Below, one piece after another: positions 49,887 through 59,796 of a stretch of 64,000 bases of DNA. Position numbers and translations under genes: made by a program. The notes under the pieces are model-generated. The model ran no database searches, was not told the origin of the DNA, and worked only from the letters and a program-made list of their open reading frames with translations. The first letter of the stretch is position 1. Each line of letters opens with the position of its first letter. This DNA comes from Candidatus Latescibacterota bacterium (GTDB taxonomy: Bacteria > Latescibacterota > UBA2968 > UBA8231), in contig OZ242214.1 in NCBI GenBank assembly GCA_965206595.1, positions 1,536,001 to 1,600,000 on the forward strand, in the 5' to 3' direction.

Positions 49887-50975
49887 ATGAAGCCGGAGAT
49901 CGCCGCCGGACTGCTGGAGGCCTGGAACCGCAAGCTCTACCTGTGGTTCTCCCAGTACAACGAGGAGTACGCCGGGGGGCGCCTGCGACGGCCGGTCATC
50001 ACGCTCGCTTCCGGTTGCCGGCAGCTGGGCAGCTGGGACCCTGCCATGCGCCGCATCACCATTTCCGTCGAGCACGTGCGCCGCGATCCCTGGCTCGAGG
50101 TCATGGAGACCCTGCGCCACGAGATGGGCCACCAGTACGCGCACGAGGTCCTCGACGCCGACGAACCGCCGCACGGTCCGGCCTTCCGGCGCGCCTGCGA
50201 AATCCTGCGCTGCTCCCCTCGCGCCAGCTCGGTTCCAACCGGTGAACGGCGTCCGGGGGAAAAGGATGAGCGCATCGTCCGCGTCCTCAAGAAAATCCTC
50301 TCGCTGGCAACCAGTCCCAACGAGCACGAGGCCCAGGCCGCGGTGAACAAGGCTCGGCGGATGCTGCTGGAGTACAACGTCGATCTCGTGGCCCTCGACC
50401 GCGAGCGCAACTTCGACTGCATGGCCGTCGGCGAAGTCAAGGGGCGGCGGTCGACGTGGGAACTGTGGGTGGCGGCGATCCTCAACGAGTTCTTCTTCGT
50501 CGAGGTGTTGTGGGCGCGAACCTACCACCCCCACCGCGACAGGATGGGAACCGTGCTGCAGCTGTTCGGCACCCCGACCAACCTCTCCATGGCCTCCTAC
50601 GTCCACGACTACCTCGGGACGCTGCTGCCGCGGCTTTGGGATGGGTACCGCCGCGACAACGGCCTTACCGGAAATCGCGAGCGCATGCGCTACTATGCCG
50701 GAGTTGCGCAGGGATTCCACGACAAGCTCGCCCGCGAAGCCGAGGCCGCGACCAACGCCTGGCGCCACGGAGGTTCCAATGACCTCGTGTGGAAGGGGGA
50801 CAGCCGCCTGCAGGCATACTACCGCCACCTGAACCCGTACGTGCAGACGCGAACCACCTCCGGCGTGTCGGCGAGCGAGGCATTCCGCGACGGCCTCCGC
50901 GAAGGCAGGAAGGTCGACATTCGCCGGCCCCTGACCGCGGGCTCCGGCTTCGGCGGTCTGCTTGGACCGGGGTAG
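49887..50975 (+). CDS. SprT-like zinc metalloprotease + DUF2786-like protein
   Basis: LRHEMGHQY, HGPAFRRAC, then KKILSLATSPNEHEAQAA...LLEYN. Confidence 0.82.
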   Translation: MKPEIAAGLLEAWNRKLYLWFSQYNEEYAGGRLRRPVITLASGCRQLGSWDPAMRRITISVEHVRRDPWLEVMETLRHEMGHQYAHEVLDADEPPHGPAFRRACEILRCSPRASSVPTGERRPGEKDERIVRVLKKILSLATSPNEHEAQAAVNKARRMLLEYNVDLVALDRERNFDCMAVGEVKGRRSTWELWVAAILNEFFFVEVLWARTYHPHRDRMGTVLQLFGTPTNLSMASYVHDYLGTLLPRLWDGYRRDNGLTGNRERMRYYAGVAQGFHDKLAREAEAATNAWRHGGSNDLVWKGDSRLQAYYRHLNPYVQTRTTSGVSASEAFRDGLREGRKVDIRRPLTAGSGFGGLLGPG

Positions 50976-50978
50976 CGC

Positions 50979-53819
50979 ATGCGGGCAGGGCGCATTTTCT
51001 GCTGGTTCTTTCTCCTCGCCGCGGGCCTTTCAGGCCCTGAGCGGGGGAGCGCGCAGCTCTACCAGTTCGGCAAGAACAAGGTCCAGTACGACGAGTTCGA
51101 ATGGCAGAAGATGGAGACCCCCCACTTCGACCTGTACTTCTACCCCGAAGAGCAGGAGCTCGCTTCCTATGCAGCCCGCATGGCCGAAGAGGGGTACCGC
51201 GCCGTCGAGCAGGTCTCGGGCCATACCGTGCAGCACCGCATACCCCTGATCGTCTACTCCTCCCATGTCTATTTCCAGCAGACCAACATCATACCGGGTT
51301 TCCTGCCGGAAGGGGTTGCCGGGTTCACCGAGTCTCTTAAAGGGCGCGTGGCCCTGCCGTTGAGCGGGTCGCTTCCCGAGTTCGAGCGCGTTCTCGTGCA
51401 CGAGCTCGTGCACGTGTTCATGTTCGACCGCATCCGCACCGTGCTCAAGGCCAGGGGTGCCGCCCGCTACCGGCGCGGACCGCTGTGGTTTTCCGAGGGG
51501 CTGGCCGAGTACTGGTCCGGATCGTGGGACAGCTACGGCGACATGATCATCCGCGACGCCCTGTTCTCGCAGCGGCTGGTGCCGATCGCGCAGATGCACC
51601 GCATTTATGGCACCTTCCAGATGTACAAGGAGGGGCAGTCGATCTGCGAATTCATGGCGGCCCGCTACGGCGAGGATGTCTTCGTCCGCCTACTCGACAA
51701 CTGGTGGCGGTCCGAGGAGTTCGCCGAGGTGTTCGAGATCACCACCGGCGAGCCGCTGGCCGAGTTCGACGAGAAGTGGGGCTATTTCCTCCGCAAGACC
51801 TACCTGCCCGATATCGAAAGCAGCGATCCCCCCGGGGAGATTTCCCATGCGGTCACCCATGCCGGTTTCAATCTCAAGCCGGAGATCGTCCCTGGCGGCA
51901 AGGCAGACGGCGGAGAGCCGGAGGTGCTGTTTTTCCACAACCACCGCGGGCATTCCCAGATCGCCCGGGCGCCTCTGCAGGGAGTCAGTGCCGAGCCGGA
52001 GGTCGTCGTTGCCGGCACGCGGCTGCCGCAGTACGAATCCCTCCACGAGCTTAACAGCAGTCTCGCCGTTTCTCCCGAGGGCCGGTTCCTCGCCTTCTCC
52101 GCCAAGCGCATGGGACGCGACCGCCTGCACGTCTGGGACCTGGAAACCGGGGGCCTGGAGGCGACGATGAGTTTCGATGACATCGTCGCCATATCGAGCC
52201 CGACGTGGTCGCCGGATGGAGGTCGCATCGCCTTTTCCGGAGCCGGCAAGGGGGGAATTTCCGACCTGCACGTGGTCGACGTCGCCAGCGGTGAGCTGGC
52301 GCGCCTGACCGCGGACCTGTTCCACGACCGGGACCCGGACTGGCATCCCGCCGATGACCGCCTGGTTTTCAGCTCGGACCGCTGGGAGGCTGCGGGCCGC
52401 GAGGGGTACTACAACCTCTTCGAGTACGATTTCGCTGCGCGCAAGGTGCGCCCGCTGACCAGGGGGAAGAACAACGACCTGCACCCGGCGTGGTCCCCCG
52501 ACGGCAGCCGCATTGCCTTCAGTTCGGATCGGGACGGGAGGTACGACCTGTTTCAACTCGACCTGCAGGACCCCGGGGCGGCGAGCCTGCGCAGACTGAC
52601 GGGGGTTCTCACCGGCGTTTTCGACCCGGCCTGGCTGCCGGACGAAAGCGGACTCCTCTATACCGGTTTCGAGAGCGGCGGCTTCCAGATCTACCGGCTC
52701 GACCTCGAACCCGGCAGCGACGAGGAATCCGTGCCCGGAGAGCGCACGGACCTCGACTCCCTCGCCGCGGCCGCGGACTCGGGCTGGAACCTCGAGGGAT
52801 CGGGCGCTTCCGGGGCCATCGTCAAGAGCCGCTACCGCAAGCACCTCAGCCTCGACATCGCGCAGAGCCAGATATCGCAGGACCCGGTTTTCGGGACCTC
52901 TGGCGGTATCCAGGTCGCCTTGAGCGACATCCTCGGTAACGACCAGTTCTACTTCGTCCTGTCTCACATATCCGGCAGCGACGTCGGGTTCTTCAACGGC
53001 CTCAACCTCGCCCTGGGCCGCCTCCACCTCGCGCGTCAGCTCAACATCGCCTGGGGGGCATACCGCCTCAACGATCGCTTCTCCAGCCGCTTCGGCCGCT
53101 TCGTGCGCGAGAAGCGTACCGGCGCCTACACCGAGTTCAGCTTTCCCTTCAGCCGCAACAACCGCATCGTGACCCGGCTTTCGGTCCGCCACGCCGATAT
53201 CGACCGGAGCTTCCAGGGCCGCAAGCTCAAGGGCTGGCTGATGTCGAACCACGTAAGCTACACCCACGACGGCAGCTTCTGGATTCCCACCGGGCCGCTG
53301 GAGGGCACCCGCTACAGTTTCGGGGCGGGCCAGAGCGTCGACTTCAAGAGCTCCCGCCGCTTCAACGTGACCCTCTTCGGTGATTATCGCCGCTACCTGC
53401 GCCTGTCCCGGCGCAGCAGCTTCGCAATGCGCTACATGGCCAGGCACAGCCGCGGGGAAGTGCCGGAGTTCTTCTCCCTCGGCGGCAGCTGGACCCTGAG
53501 GGGATACCCGTGGCGCTCGCTCTGGGGGAACAACCTCCTTCTCGCAAACCACGAGCTTCGCTTACCCCTGGTCGACCGCATCGTGCTGGCGTTCCCGTTC
53601 GGAAACATCGACATGAGTGCCTTTCGCGGCGCCTTGTTCGTCGATGCCGGCAACGCCTGGAGCGACAGCTTCGGCGACTGGCGCGGCAGCTTCGGGACCG
53701 GCGTCCGCATCGCACTGGGGGGCGTCTTCGTGTTCCGGCTCGACGCCTCGCGCCGCACCGATTTCAAATCGATCGGAGACAACACCCATTGGGACTTCTT
53801 CTTCGGATGGGATTACTGA
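50979..53819 (+). CDS. Omp85-family outer-membrane protein with gluzincin-like peptidase and PD40 beta-propeller domains
   Basis: QFGKNKVQY, HELVH...WFSEGLAEY, PTWSPDG / PAWSPDG repeats, LGGSWTLRGY, ELRLP, LFVDAG, terminal FFFGWDY. Confidence 0.85.
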   Translation: MRAGRIFCWFFLLAAGLSGPERGSAQLYQFGKNKVQYDEFEWQKMETPHFDLYFYPEEQELASYAARMAEEGYRAVEQVSGHTVQHRIPLIVYSSHVYFQQTNIIPGFLPEGVAGFTESLKGRVALPLSGSLPEFERVLVHELVHVFMFDRIRTVLKARGAARYRRGPLWFSEGLAEYWSGSWDSYGDMIIRDALFSQRLVPIAQMHRIYGTFQMYKEGQSICEFMAARYGEDVFVRLLDNWWRSEEFAEVFEITTGEPLAEFDEKWGYFLRKTYLPDIESSDPPGEISHAVTHAGFNLKPEIVPGGKADGGEPEVLFFHNHRGHSQIARAPLQGVSAEPEVVVAGTRLPQYESLHELNSSLAVSPEGRFLAFSAKRMGRDRLHVWDLETGGLEATMSFDDIVAISSPTWSPDGGRIAFSGAGKGGISDLHVVDVASGELARLTADLFHDRDPDWHPADDRLVFSSDRWEAAGREGYYNLFEYDFAARKVRPLTRGKNNDLHPAWSPDGSRIAFSSDRDGRYDLFQLDLQDPGAASLRRLTGVLTGVFDPAWLPDESGLLYTGFESGGFQIYRLDLEPGSDEESVPGERTDLDSLAAAADSGWNLEGSGASGAIVKSRYRKHLSLDIAQSQISQDPVFGTSGGIQVALSDILGNDQFYFVLSHISGSDVGFFNGLNLALGRLHLARQLNIAWGAYRLNDRFSSRFGRFVREKRTGAYTEFSFPFSRNNRIVTRLSVRHADIDRSFQGRKLKGWLMSNHVSYTHDGSFWIPTGPLEGTRYSFGAGQSVDFKSSRRFNVTLFGDYRRYLRLSRRSSFAMRYMARHSRGEVPEFFSLGGSWTLRGYPWRSLWGNNLLLANHELRLPLVDRIVLAFPFGNIDMSAFRGALFVDAGNAWSDSFGDWRGSFGTGVRIALGGVFVFRLDASRRTDFKSIGDNTHWDFFFGWDY

Positions 53820-53854
53820 GAGTCGGAACGCCCGGGGATTTTTTCTGCCCGTTA

Positions 53855-55066
53855 ATGAGGTGGCTCGGCGGGCGAGGCTGGGCCATGGCGACCGTCGAGG
53901 CCGCCCGCCGCCCGGATGGGCTATTTCAACGGGTTGTCAAGTTGAGCGCCCCCGGACTGGCGGCACTCCTGGCGCTGTGGGGCTGCCAGCCGAAGCTGCT
54001 TTTCCTGCCCTCGACCATCGGAGATGCGAGCCAGTGGCTGCAGGAGAGCGGCTCCCCGAGCGGCTCCTCCTTTCGCAGCGACGGTCCGGAGCCGCCCTTG
54101 CGGCTGCGCTGGCGACAGCAGATAGACAGCGTTCCCCTCGGAGGGGCCCTGCTCTCCGGGGAGCTGATGCTGCAGCTGACAAAGACCGCTACCCTGGCGG
54201 TCCTAGACCGCCGCAGCGGGCTCCCCCTGTCCCGGAAGGGCTTCGACAACGACATCTGCGGTCCGGCCGCGGTCGCCGGGACCTCCTCGGAGCTGCTGCT
54301 GCTCGGGGAGCTCGGACGCAAGCCGGCCCTGCGCGCCGTCGACCGGCGCAGCGGCGAAACGGTCTGGAGCCGTCCGGGAAGGTTCTGCTCCGCACCGGTA
54401 GTGCGGGGAGACACCCTGCTGATCGTGCGGGAAAACGGCCCGCTGCTTTCGCTCTCCCTGGCCGACGGCGGCGAGCTGTGGTCGCGTGAGCCCGCGGCGC
54501 GATGGGTGACCCCCCCCTCCCTGGCGGACAGCGTCGCCTACATCTGCGACAGCGAAGGCGCGGTCACCGCCCTGCGGCTCGTCGACGGCAGCGAACGCTG
54601 GACCCGGTCCCTGGGCTCGGGATTTTGCGGGCGTCCCGCGGTGGCCGGAGGGCGCGTTTTCGCCGCATCCGCAACGGGGGACGTCTTCGCCTTGGCCGGG
54701 GCTTCCGGCGACCTCCTCTGGAAAGCGGCGCTCTCATCCCTTCCTGCGCCCGGGCTGGTGGCAGGGGAAGGGATGGTTGTCGCCGGCTGCTCGGACCGCA
54801 AGCTGTACGGGATCGACGCCGCAACCGGAGAGATCGCCTGGCGCTTCGAGACCGGGGCGGCGATTCGCTCCACCCCGTCCGCTTCCGGGCGGATCCTGTT
54901 CGCGGCAGGTAACGACCAGTTCCTCTACGCCCTGCGCATCGATACCGGTCATCTCGAGTGGAAGTTCAGGCTCGACGGACCGGTCTCCGAGCCGGTGGTC
55001 GCAGTGCGCGACGCCGTCGCCCTGGCGACCGACTCGGGAACGGTCTACCTCTTCGGGAGGAGATAG
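53855..55066 (+). CDS. PQQ-type beta-propeller lipoprotein (BamB-like)
   Basis: Lipobox LWGC, repeated A.D..SG...W motifs; start uncertain. Confidence 0.8.
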   Translation: MRWLGGRGWAMATVEAARRPDGLFQRVVKLSAPGLAALLALWGCQPKLLFLPSTIGDASQWLQESGSPSGSSFRSDGPEPPLRLRWRQQIDSVPLGGALLSGELMLQLTKTATLAVLDRRSGLPLSRKGFDNDICGPAAVAGTSSELLLLGELGRKPALRAVDRRSGETVWSRPGRFCSAPVVRGDTLLIVRENGPLLSLSLADGGELWSREPAARWVTPPSLADSVAYICDSEGAVTALRLVDGSERWTRSLGSGFCGRPAVAGGRVFAASATGDVFALAGASGDLLWKAALSSLPAPGLVAGEGMVVAGCSDRKLYGIDAATGEIAWRFETGAAIRSTPSASGRILFAAGNDQFLYALRIDTGHLEWKFRLDGPVSEPVVAVRDAVALATDSGTVYLFGRR

Positions 55067-55663
55067 GTGCGCCGCCGGGATCAGAGTTTCGAAACAGGCG
55101 CAGGGCCGCGGCATCGGATGGGTGCCCTGCACTGGCTCGGTGCGGCCCTTGCGGCCCTGCATCTGGCGGTCCTGCCCGGGTACGCCTTCGACAGAACCGC
55201 GCTCGCCGGGGAATCCAGGGCGGAACCCGCGGTGACCCTCTCGAGCAGGGTGTTTTCACCCCTCGCCCCGTTTCTTTTTGAAGGGGTTCCGCCCTTGGTC
55301 CCAGCCGCAATTCCGGCGCATGCGCCACGTGCTGGGCACCGGCAGCCGCCGTTCCCGGGGCCGGCCCTTGGGAGCCCGCTGTCCCGGCAGGGCAGTGCCG
55401 GGAGCGATCGGGAGAAGGGGGATCGGTCCCGGTTTTCGGCGCCCCTCTACCTCAGCGCCGCCGTAACGGTTTCCGCGGCCGCTGTCGCCCGCTTCAGCAA
55501 GGACCGGGCCGACAACGCGTATGAAACCTATCTCAAATCCGCGGGTCGCCAGCGCCAGCAGAACCACTTCGAAGAGGCGGAGCGCTACGACCGCATCGCC
55601 GGGGCCGCCTTCGCCGCAATGGAAGCGGGGCTGGTATGGTCCGTCTACCTGCTGTTTTTCTGA
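55067..55663 (+). CDS. Hypothetical exported/membrane protein
   Basis: Signal-like segment and C-terminal hydrophobic helices; in-operon position. Confidence 0.55.
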   Translation: MRRRDQSFETGAGPRHRMGALHWLGAALAALHLAVLPGYAFDRTALAGESRAEPAVTLSSRVFSPLAPFLFEGVPPLVPAAIPAHAPRAGHRQPPFPGPALGSPLSRQGSAGSDREKGDRSRFSAPLYLSAAVTVSAAAVARFSKDRADNAYETYLKSAGRQRQQNHFEEAERYDRIAGAAFAAMEAGLVWSVYLLFF

Positions 55664-55665
55664 AC

Positions 55666-56961
55666 GTGACTGTTTCCCCCCCCGTGCGCCTGCGCTTTGC
55701 GGCATTCCCTGCGCTGGCCTGGCTCGCCCTGGCCTGCAGCGATCGCCAGCACCGCAATCCCTTCGACCCGATGGTGGAAAACCCCATCGACAGGGTCACT
55801 GCACTCGAGGCCACCGCCGGCGACCAGCGGGTCACTCTGACCTGGGACTACACCTACTTCGAGGATCTGGTCGGTTTGCGGATGTATCGCTTGACCGCCG
55901 GGTCGGGGGAAAAGGCCGTGGACCTAGCCTCCGGGCAGACCTCGTACGAAGACCTGGACGTCGTCAACGGCACCGTCTACGAGTACCGGCTCGCCCTCGT
56001 GATCGCCGGGGAAGGGGAGCGGGACTCCGGAGTGCTCGAACGCGCCACTCCCGGGACCGCGTTCGCCTGGGTGGGGGATCCCGGCAGCGGGCTGGTCTGG
56101 CGCCTCGCCCCGGACGGCCGCAGTTCGGTCTTCGCCCAGGGCAGGTTCCCCTCCCTCGCTTCGATTGCCGTGACCAGCCAGAACCGCGCCTGCTGGGTCG
56201 GCGACCGGAGATTCGGCGGACTCTACCGGATCGACCCGGGAGGGGATCTGCAGGAAATTCCGGGTGACATCGAGGGGGTGGGGGAGTTCGCCGCGGCCGC
56301 TGGTCTCGGCTGGATGATCGAGGCGGAGGGGGATCGCGTCTGGTGGGCGGATCTCGCCGCGGCCTCCGATTCCCTGCGGCTGACTGCCGTGGATGCCCAC
56401 TTCGAGCAGCCGTCGGCGCTCGCCGCGGCCCTCGACGCCTGCTGGATCGTCGACGGCGTCGAACCCCGGGTGCTGCTCTACCACCGCGACGGCACTCGTA
56501 TCGCCGCCTGGAACGGGCTGGACTCACCCGGTGCGATCGCCACCTCGCCCGCCTCGGAAGGAGGGGATGACCAGGGCCGGCGATTTCCCTCCGAGGCCTG
56601 GGTGCTGATAGAGGAGGAGAGCCGCCTGGCGAGACTGGAGGTCGGCTCCCCCGCGCTGGAGATCGAGCTTCCCTTCGAAACAGGGGTCGCATTGGCCGTC
56701 GATGCGGCCACCGGAGACTGCTGGGTCCTGGGGGAAAACGGGGTCGCCGCCTTCGGCCGCGACGGCGCCCTTCGCGTACATTGGGAGAGCCTTCCGGTCG
56801 GGGAGGGACGGGATCTCGATGTCGACGCCAGTCATCGGCAGCTCTGGATCACCGGGTCCGAGGGCCTCTGGAAAGTGGGAATCGAGGGCTCCGGGGGGAC
56901 GTTTCTCGGAGGGTTTTCCAGACCGTTGCGGGTACAGGTGGACCCAGGTTCGGGACCTTAG
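55666..56961 (+). CDS. Lipoprotein with fibronectin-III-like and beta-propeller domains
   Basis: Lipobox LALAC, NPFDP, V.L.W...YR...YED..V.NG..YEY, repeated CWV/CWI blades. Confidence 0.7.
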   Translation: MTVSPPVRLRFAAFPALAWLALACSDRQHRNPFDPMVENPIDRVTALEATAGDQRVTLTWDYTYFEDLVGLRMYRLTAGSGEKAVDLASGQTSYEDLDVVNGTVYEYRLALVIAGEGERDSGVLERATPGTAFAWVGDPGSGLVWRLAPDGRSSVFAQGRFPSLASIAVTSQNRACWVGDRRFGGLYRIDPGGDLQEIPGDIEGVGEFAAAAGLGWMIEAEGDRVWWADLAAASDSLRLTAVDAHFEQPSALAAALDACWIVDGVEPRVLLYHRDGTRIAAWNGLDSPGAIATSPASEGGDDQGRRFPSEAWVLIEEESRLARLEVGSPALEIELPFETGVALAVDAATGDCWVLGENGVAAFGRDGALRVHWESLPVGEGRDLDVDASHRQLWITGSEGLWKVGIEGSGGTFLGGFSRPLRVQVDPGSGP

Positions 56962-57015
56962 CCCCGGCCCGGGAGTTTGCGGGCCTGGCGCCGGTTTTCT
57001 ACCGAGGTCAATGGC

Positions 57016-57909
57016 ATGAGCTGCGGAAAAATCATCAGCATGACAGGCTTCGGCAGCGGCAGGGCGGAAGGGCCCGGTGCCGCGGTTAGGGCGACGGTGC
57101 GCTCGCTCAACGGGCGATTTCTCGACGTCCAGGTCCGCTGTCCCGCTCCACTCCGCGACATGGAGAGCGCCATCGGCGAGCGCGTTCAGGAGGTCCTGGC
57201 GCGGGGCAAGGTGACGGTTCTCGTCGAGCTCGAGGAATCCCCGGGGGTCGACGACGCCGGACCGGTACTCGACCTGGAGGCGGCGAGGCGATACATCGCC
57301 GGGTTGAGACGGCTCGCCGAGGCCGAGGGTATCGAACCGGCGATTTCCCTCGGATCGGTGGCGGGGATGCCGGGCGTGTTTCGCAACGACCCGGTCCAAC
57401 TCGATGCGGATAGTGCCTCACCCCTGGTGCTGGCCGCCGTCGAAGAGGCACTGCGGGAATGCAGCGAGATGAGGATGACGGAGGGGCAGGCCCTCGCCGC
57501 GGATCTGCGCGCCCGCGTCGATTCCCTGAAAAAACGGCAGAAGGAGATGGAGGTCCTGGCTGCCGGCTGCAGGGAGCAGCATCTCACCCGCCTGCGCGAA
57601 AAGGTGGCCTCCCTGCTCGAGCCGGGCGCGATCGACGAGGATCGCCTCGTGACCGAAGTGGTGATGATGGCGGAACGGAGCGACGTAGCCGAAGAGCTCG
57701 TGCGCTTCCGCAGCCACACCGGGCAGTTCGCGGAAACCCTGGAGGCCGGCGGCGACGTCGGCAAGCGTCTCAACTTCCTGCTCCAGGAGATGCACCGGGA
57801 GGCCAACACCATCGGCTCGAAGGCGACTGCAACGGAGATTGTTCACGAGGTGCTGGCGGTCAAGGAGGAGATCGAACGGATGCGGGAGCAGGTCCAGAAC
57901 CTGGCGTGA
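57016..57909 (+). CDS. yicC: YicC/YloC-family endoribonuclease
   Basis: ISMTGFG, RSLNGRFLD, RGKV, DVAEELVR, GKRLNFLLQEMHREANTIGSK, REQVQN. Confidence 0.95.
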   Translation: MSCGKIISMTGFGSGRAEGPGAAVRATVRSLNGRFLDVQVRCPAPLRDMESAIGERVQEVLARGKVTVLVELEESPGVDDAGPVLDLEAARRYIAGLRRLAEAEGIEPAISLGSVAGMPGVFRNDPVQLDADSASPLVLAAVEEALRECSEMRMTEGQALAADLRARVDSLKKRQKEMEVLAAGCREQHLTRLREKVASLLEPGAIDEDRLVTEVVMMAERSDVAEELVRFRSHTGQFAETLEAGGDVGKRLNFLLQEMHREANTIGSKATATEIVHEVLAVKEEIERMREQVQNLA

Positions 57910-57920
57910 CCGCAGCAACC

Positions 57921-58490
57921 ATGGCCTGCAACAAGGCGATAGACGTCGTGACCATTGGGGGTTTTCCCGGCTCCGGCACCAGCACCGTGTGCGAGTTCCT
58001 GGGAAGGCGCACCGGATGGCGGCATCTCGACGCCGGCAGGACGTTCCGGGAGATGGCCGCCGAAGCCGGGGAATCCATGGCCGCCTTCTGCCGCCGCGCC
58101 GAGGGCGATTCCGAACTCGACCGCGGCCTCGACGCCCGCATGATCGAGGCGGTCCGCACCGGCTGCGGGGGCATGATCCTCGAAGGCCGCCTCACCGGCT
58201 GGATGGTCGTGCGGGCGCAGCTTCCTGCGCTGAAGGTGTGGATTTTCGCGGACATGGCCGTGCGGGCAGACCGCGTCGGACGCCGCGACGGCCAGACCGT
58301 CGAGGAGGCGCTGCAGGAGATGATGCTTAGAGAGCAGTCGGAGCGAACCCGCTACCGCGATCACCACGGCATCGATATCCGCGATTTGTCGATCTACGAC
58401 CTCGCAATCGATTCGGGAAAGAAGGCGGCGCGGCAGGTGGCCGACCGCATCGCCGAGCGCCTCCCTGAGCGCCTCCCCGACAGCGGGTGA
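57921..58490 (+). CDS. Cytidylate kinase, archaeal-type family
   Basis: TIGGFPGSGTSTV, AG..FREMA, D..LD, EGRLTGW, R.....RD, RY...GID..DLSIYDL.IDS. Confidence 0.8.
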   Translation: MACNKAIDVVTIGGFPGSGTSTVCEFLGRRTGWRHLDAGRTFREMAAEAGESMAAFCRRAEGDSELDRGLDARMIEAVRTGCGGMILEGRLTGWMVVRAQLPALKVWIFADMAVRADRVGRRDGQTVEEALQEMMLREQSERTRYRDHHGIDIRDLSIYDLAIDSGKKAARQVADRIAERLPERLPDSG

Positions 58491-58496
58491 ATCGGG

Positions 58497-59734
58497 ATGG
58501 GACTCGAGGGACGCAGGATCCTTCTCGGGGTAAGCGGTGGCATTGCCGCTTACAAGACACCCCTGATCGTCAGACTGCTAGTCACCTCCGGCGCCGAAGT
58601 TCGCGCGGTCATGACCGCGGCCGCGGCACGCTTCGTCACCGCGACCACGCTCGAGGTCGTGACCCGCCACGCCGTTCACACCGATCTGTTCGAACGCAGC
58701 GGCGAGTTCCCCGTCCTCCACGTCGGCCTCGGCGAATGGGCGGAGCTGCTGCTGATCGCCCCGGCGACGGCCAACACCATCGGGAAGATGGCCAACGGCA
58801 TCGGCGACGACCTGCTCTCTTCCGTGCTGCTGACCGCGGCGGCCCCTGTCCTGCTCGCCCCGGCGATGGAAGAGGGGATGCTCGAAAACCCCCACGTGCG
58901 GCGCAACGCCCGCCTCCTGCGGCAGCAGGGGGTCGGCTGGATCGAACCGGAAGAAGGGGAGCTGGCTTCCGGGGCCCACGGCAAGGGGCGCATGGCGAGC
59001 CCGGAGGCGATAGTCGGTCAGGCGGAGGATTTCCTGGAGACGCACCGGAGAGGGGCGCCGGGCGGGTCAGGGGACCTTGCAGGGCTCACCGTGCTGGTCA
59101 CTGCGGGACCTACCTGCGAGGATCTCGATCCGGTCCGCTTCATCAGCAACCGCTCGACCGGAAAGATGGGGTACGCCGTTGCCGCCCGGGCGGTCCGCCG
59201 TGGGCCTTGGTGAAGCTTATCAGCGGGCCGACGGATCTCCAGCCTCCGGGGAAGGCGGAGGTCGCCCAGGTGCGCAGCGCCGAGGAGATGCTGGACGTGG
59301 CCCGGGAATGGTTCCGGGAGGCCGACATCGCGGTCATGGCCGCGGCTGTAGCCGACTATCGCGCCGCGGAGTATTCCGAAGACAAGATCAAGCGGGCGTC
59401 CGACCGGATCACCCTGGAGCTGGCCCCCAACCCGGACATCGCCGCGGAGCTGGGGGCGAGCAAGGGGAACCGCGTGGTCGTCTCCTTCGCCATGGAGACC
59501 GAGGAGGGCAGCGCCCGGGCGCGCGCCAAGCTCGCCCGCAAGAAGAGCGACCTCATCGCCCTCAACAACCTCCGGGAGGAGGGGGCCGGGTTCGCCGTCG
59601 ACACCAATGTCGTAACCCTGATCGATGCCGACGGCAGGGAAGAGGCGCTTCCGAAGATGAGCAAAATGGAGGTTGCCGACCGGTTGCTCGACCGCGCTCG
59701 CGAGCTGCTTGCGCGCCGCAGGAAATCCGGTTGA
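58497..59734 (+). CDS. coaBC: Bifunctional PPC decarboxylase/synthetase, frameshifted near 59203
   Basis: [43 protein letters not shown]; LISGP, AAVADY, NPDI and FAMET continue in another frame after a GGG run. Confidence 0.92.
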
Positions 59735-59796
59735 CAGGGCGCTGCACCCCTCTCATTTTCTGGCCTGAAACCACCCCCACACCGAGCTTCATCTCG

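Noticed and set aside
48962-49933. 629-aa minus-strand ORF as a large fusion protein
   Set aside because: Its N-terminal half is the antisense of dapF; recognisable homology begins only downstream of 48961
58455-58478. 12-bp in-frame duplication (ERLPERLP) at the kinase C-terminus
   Set aside because: Small, in frame and in a likely unstructured tail
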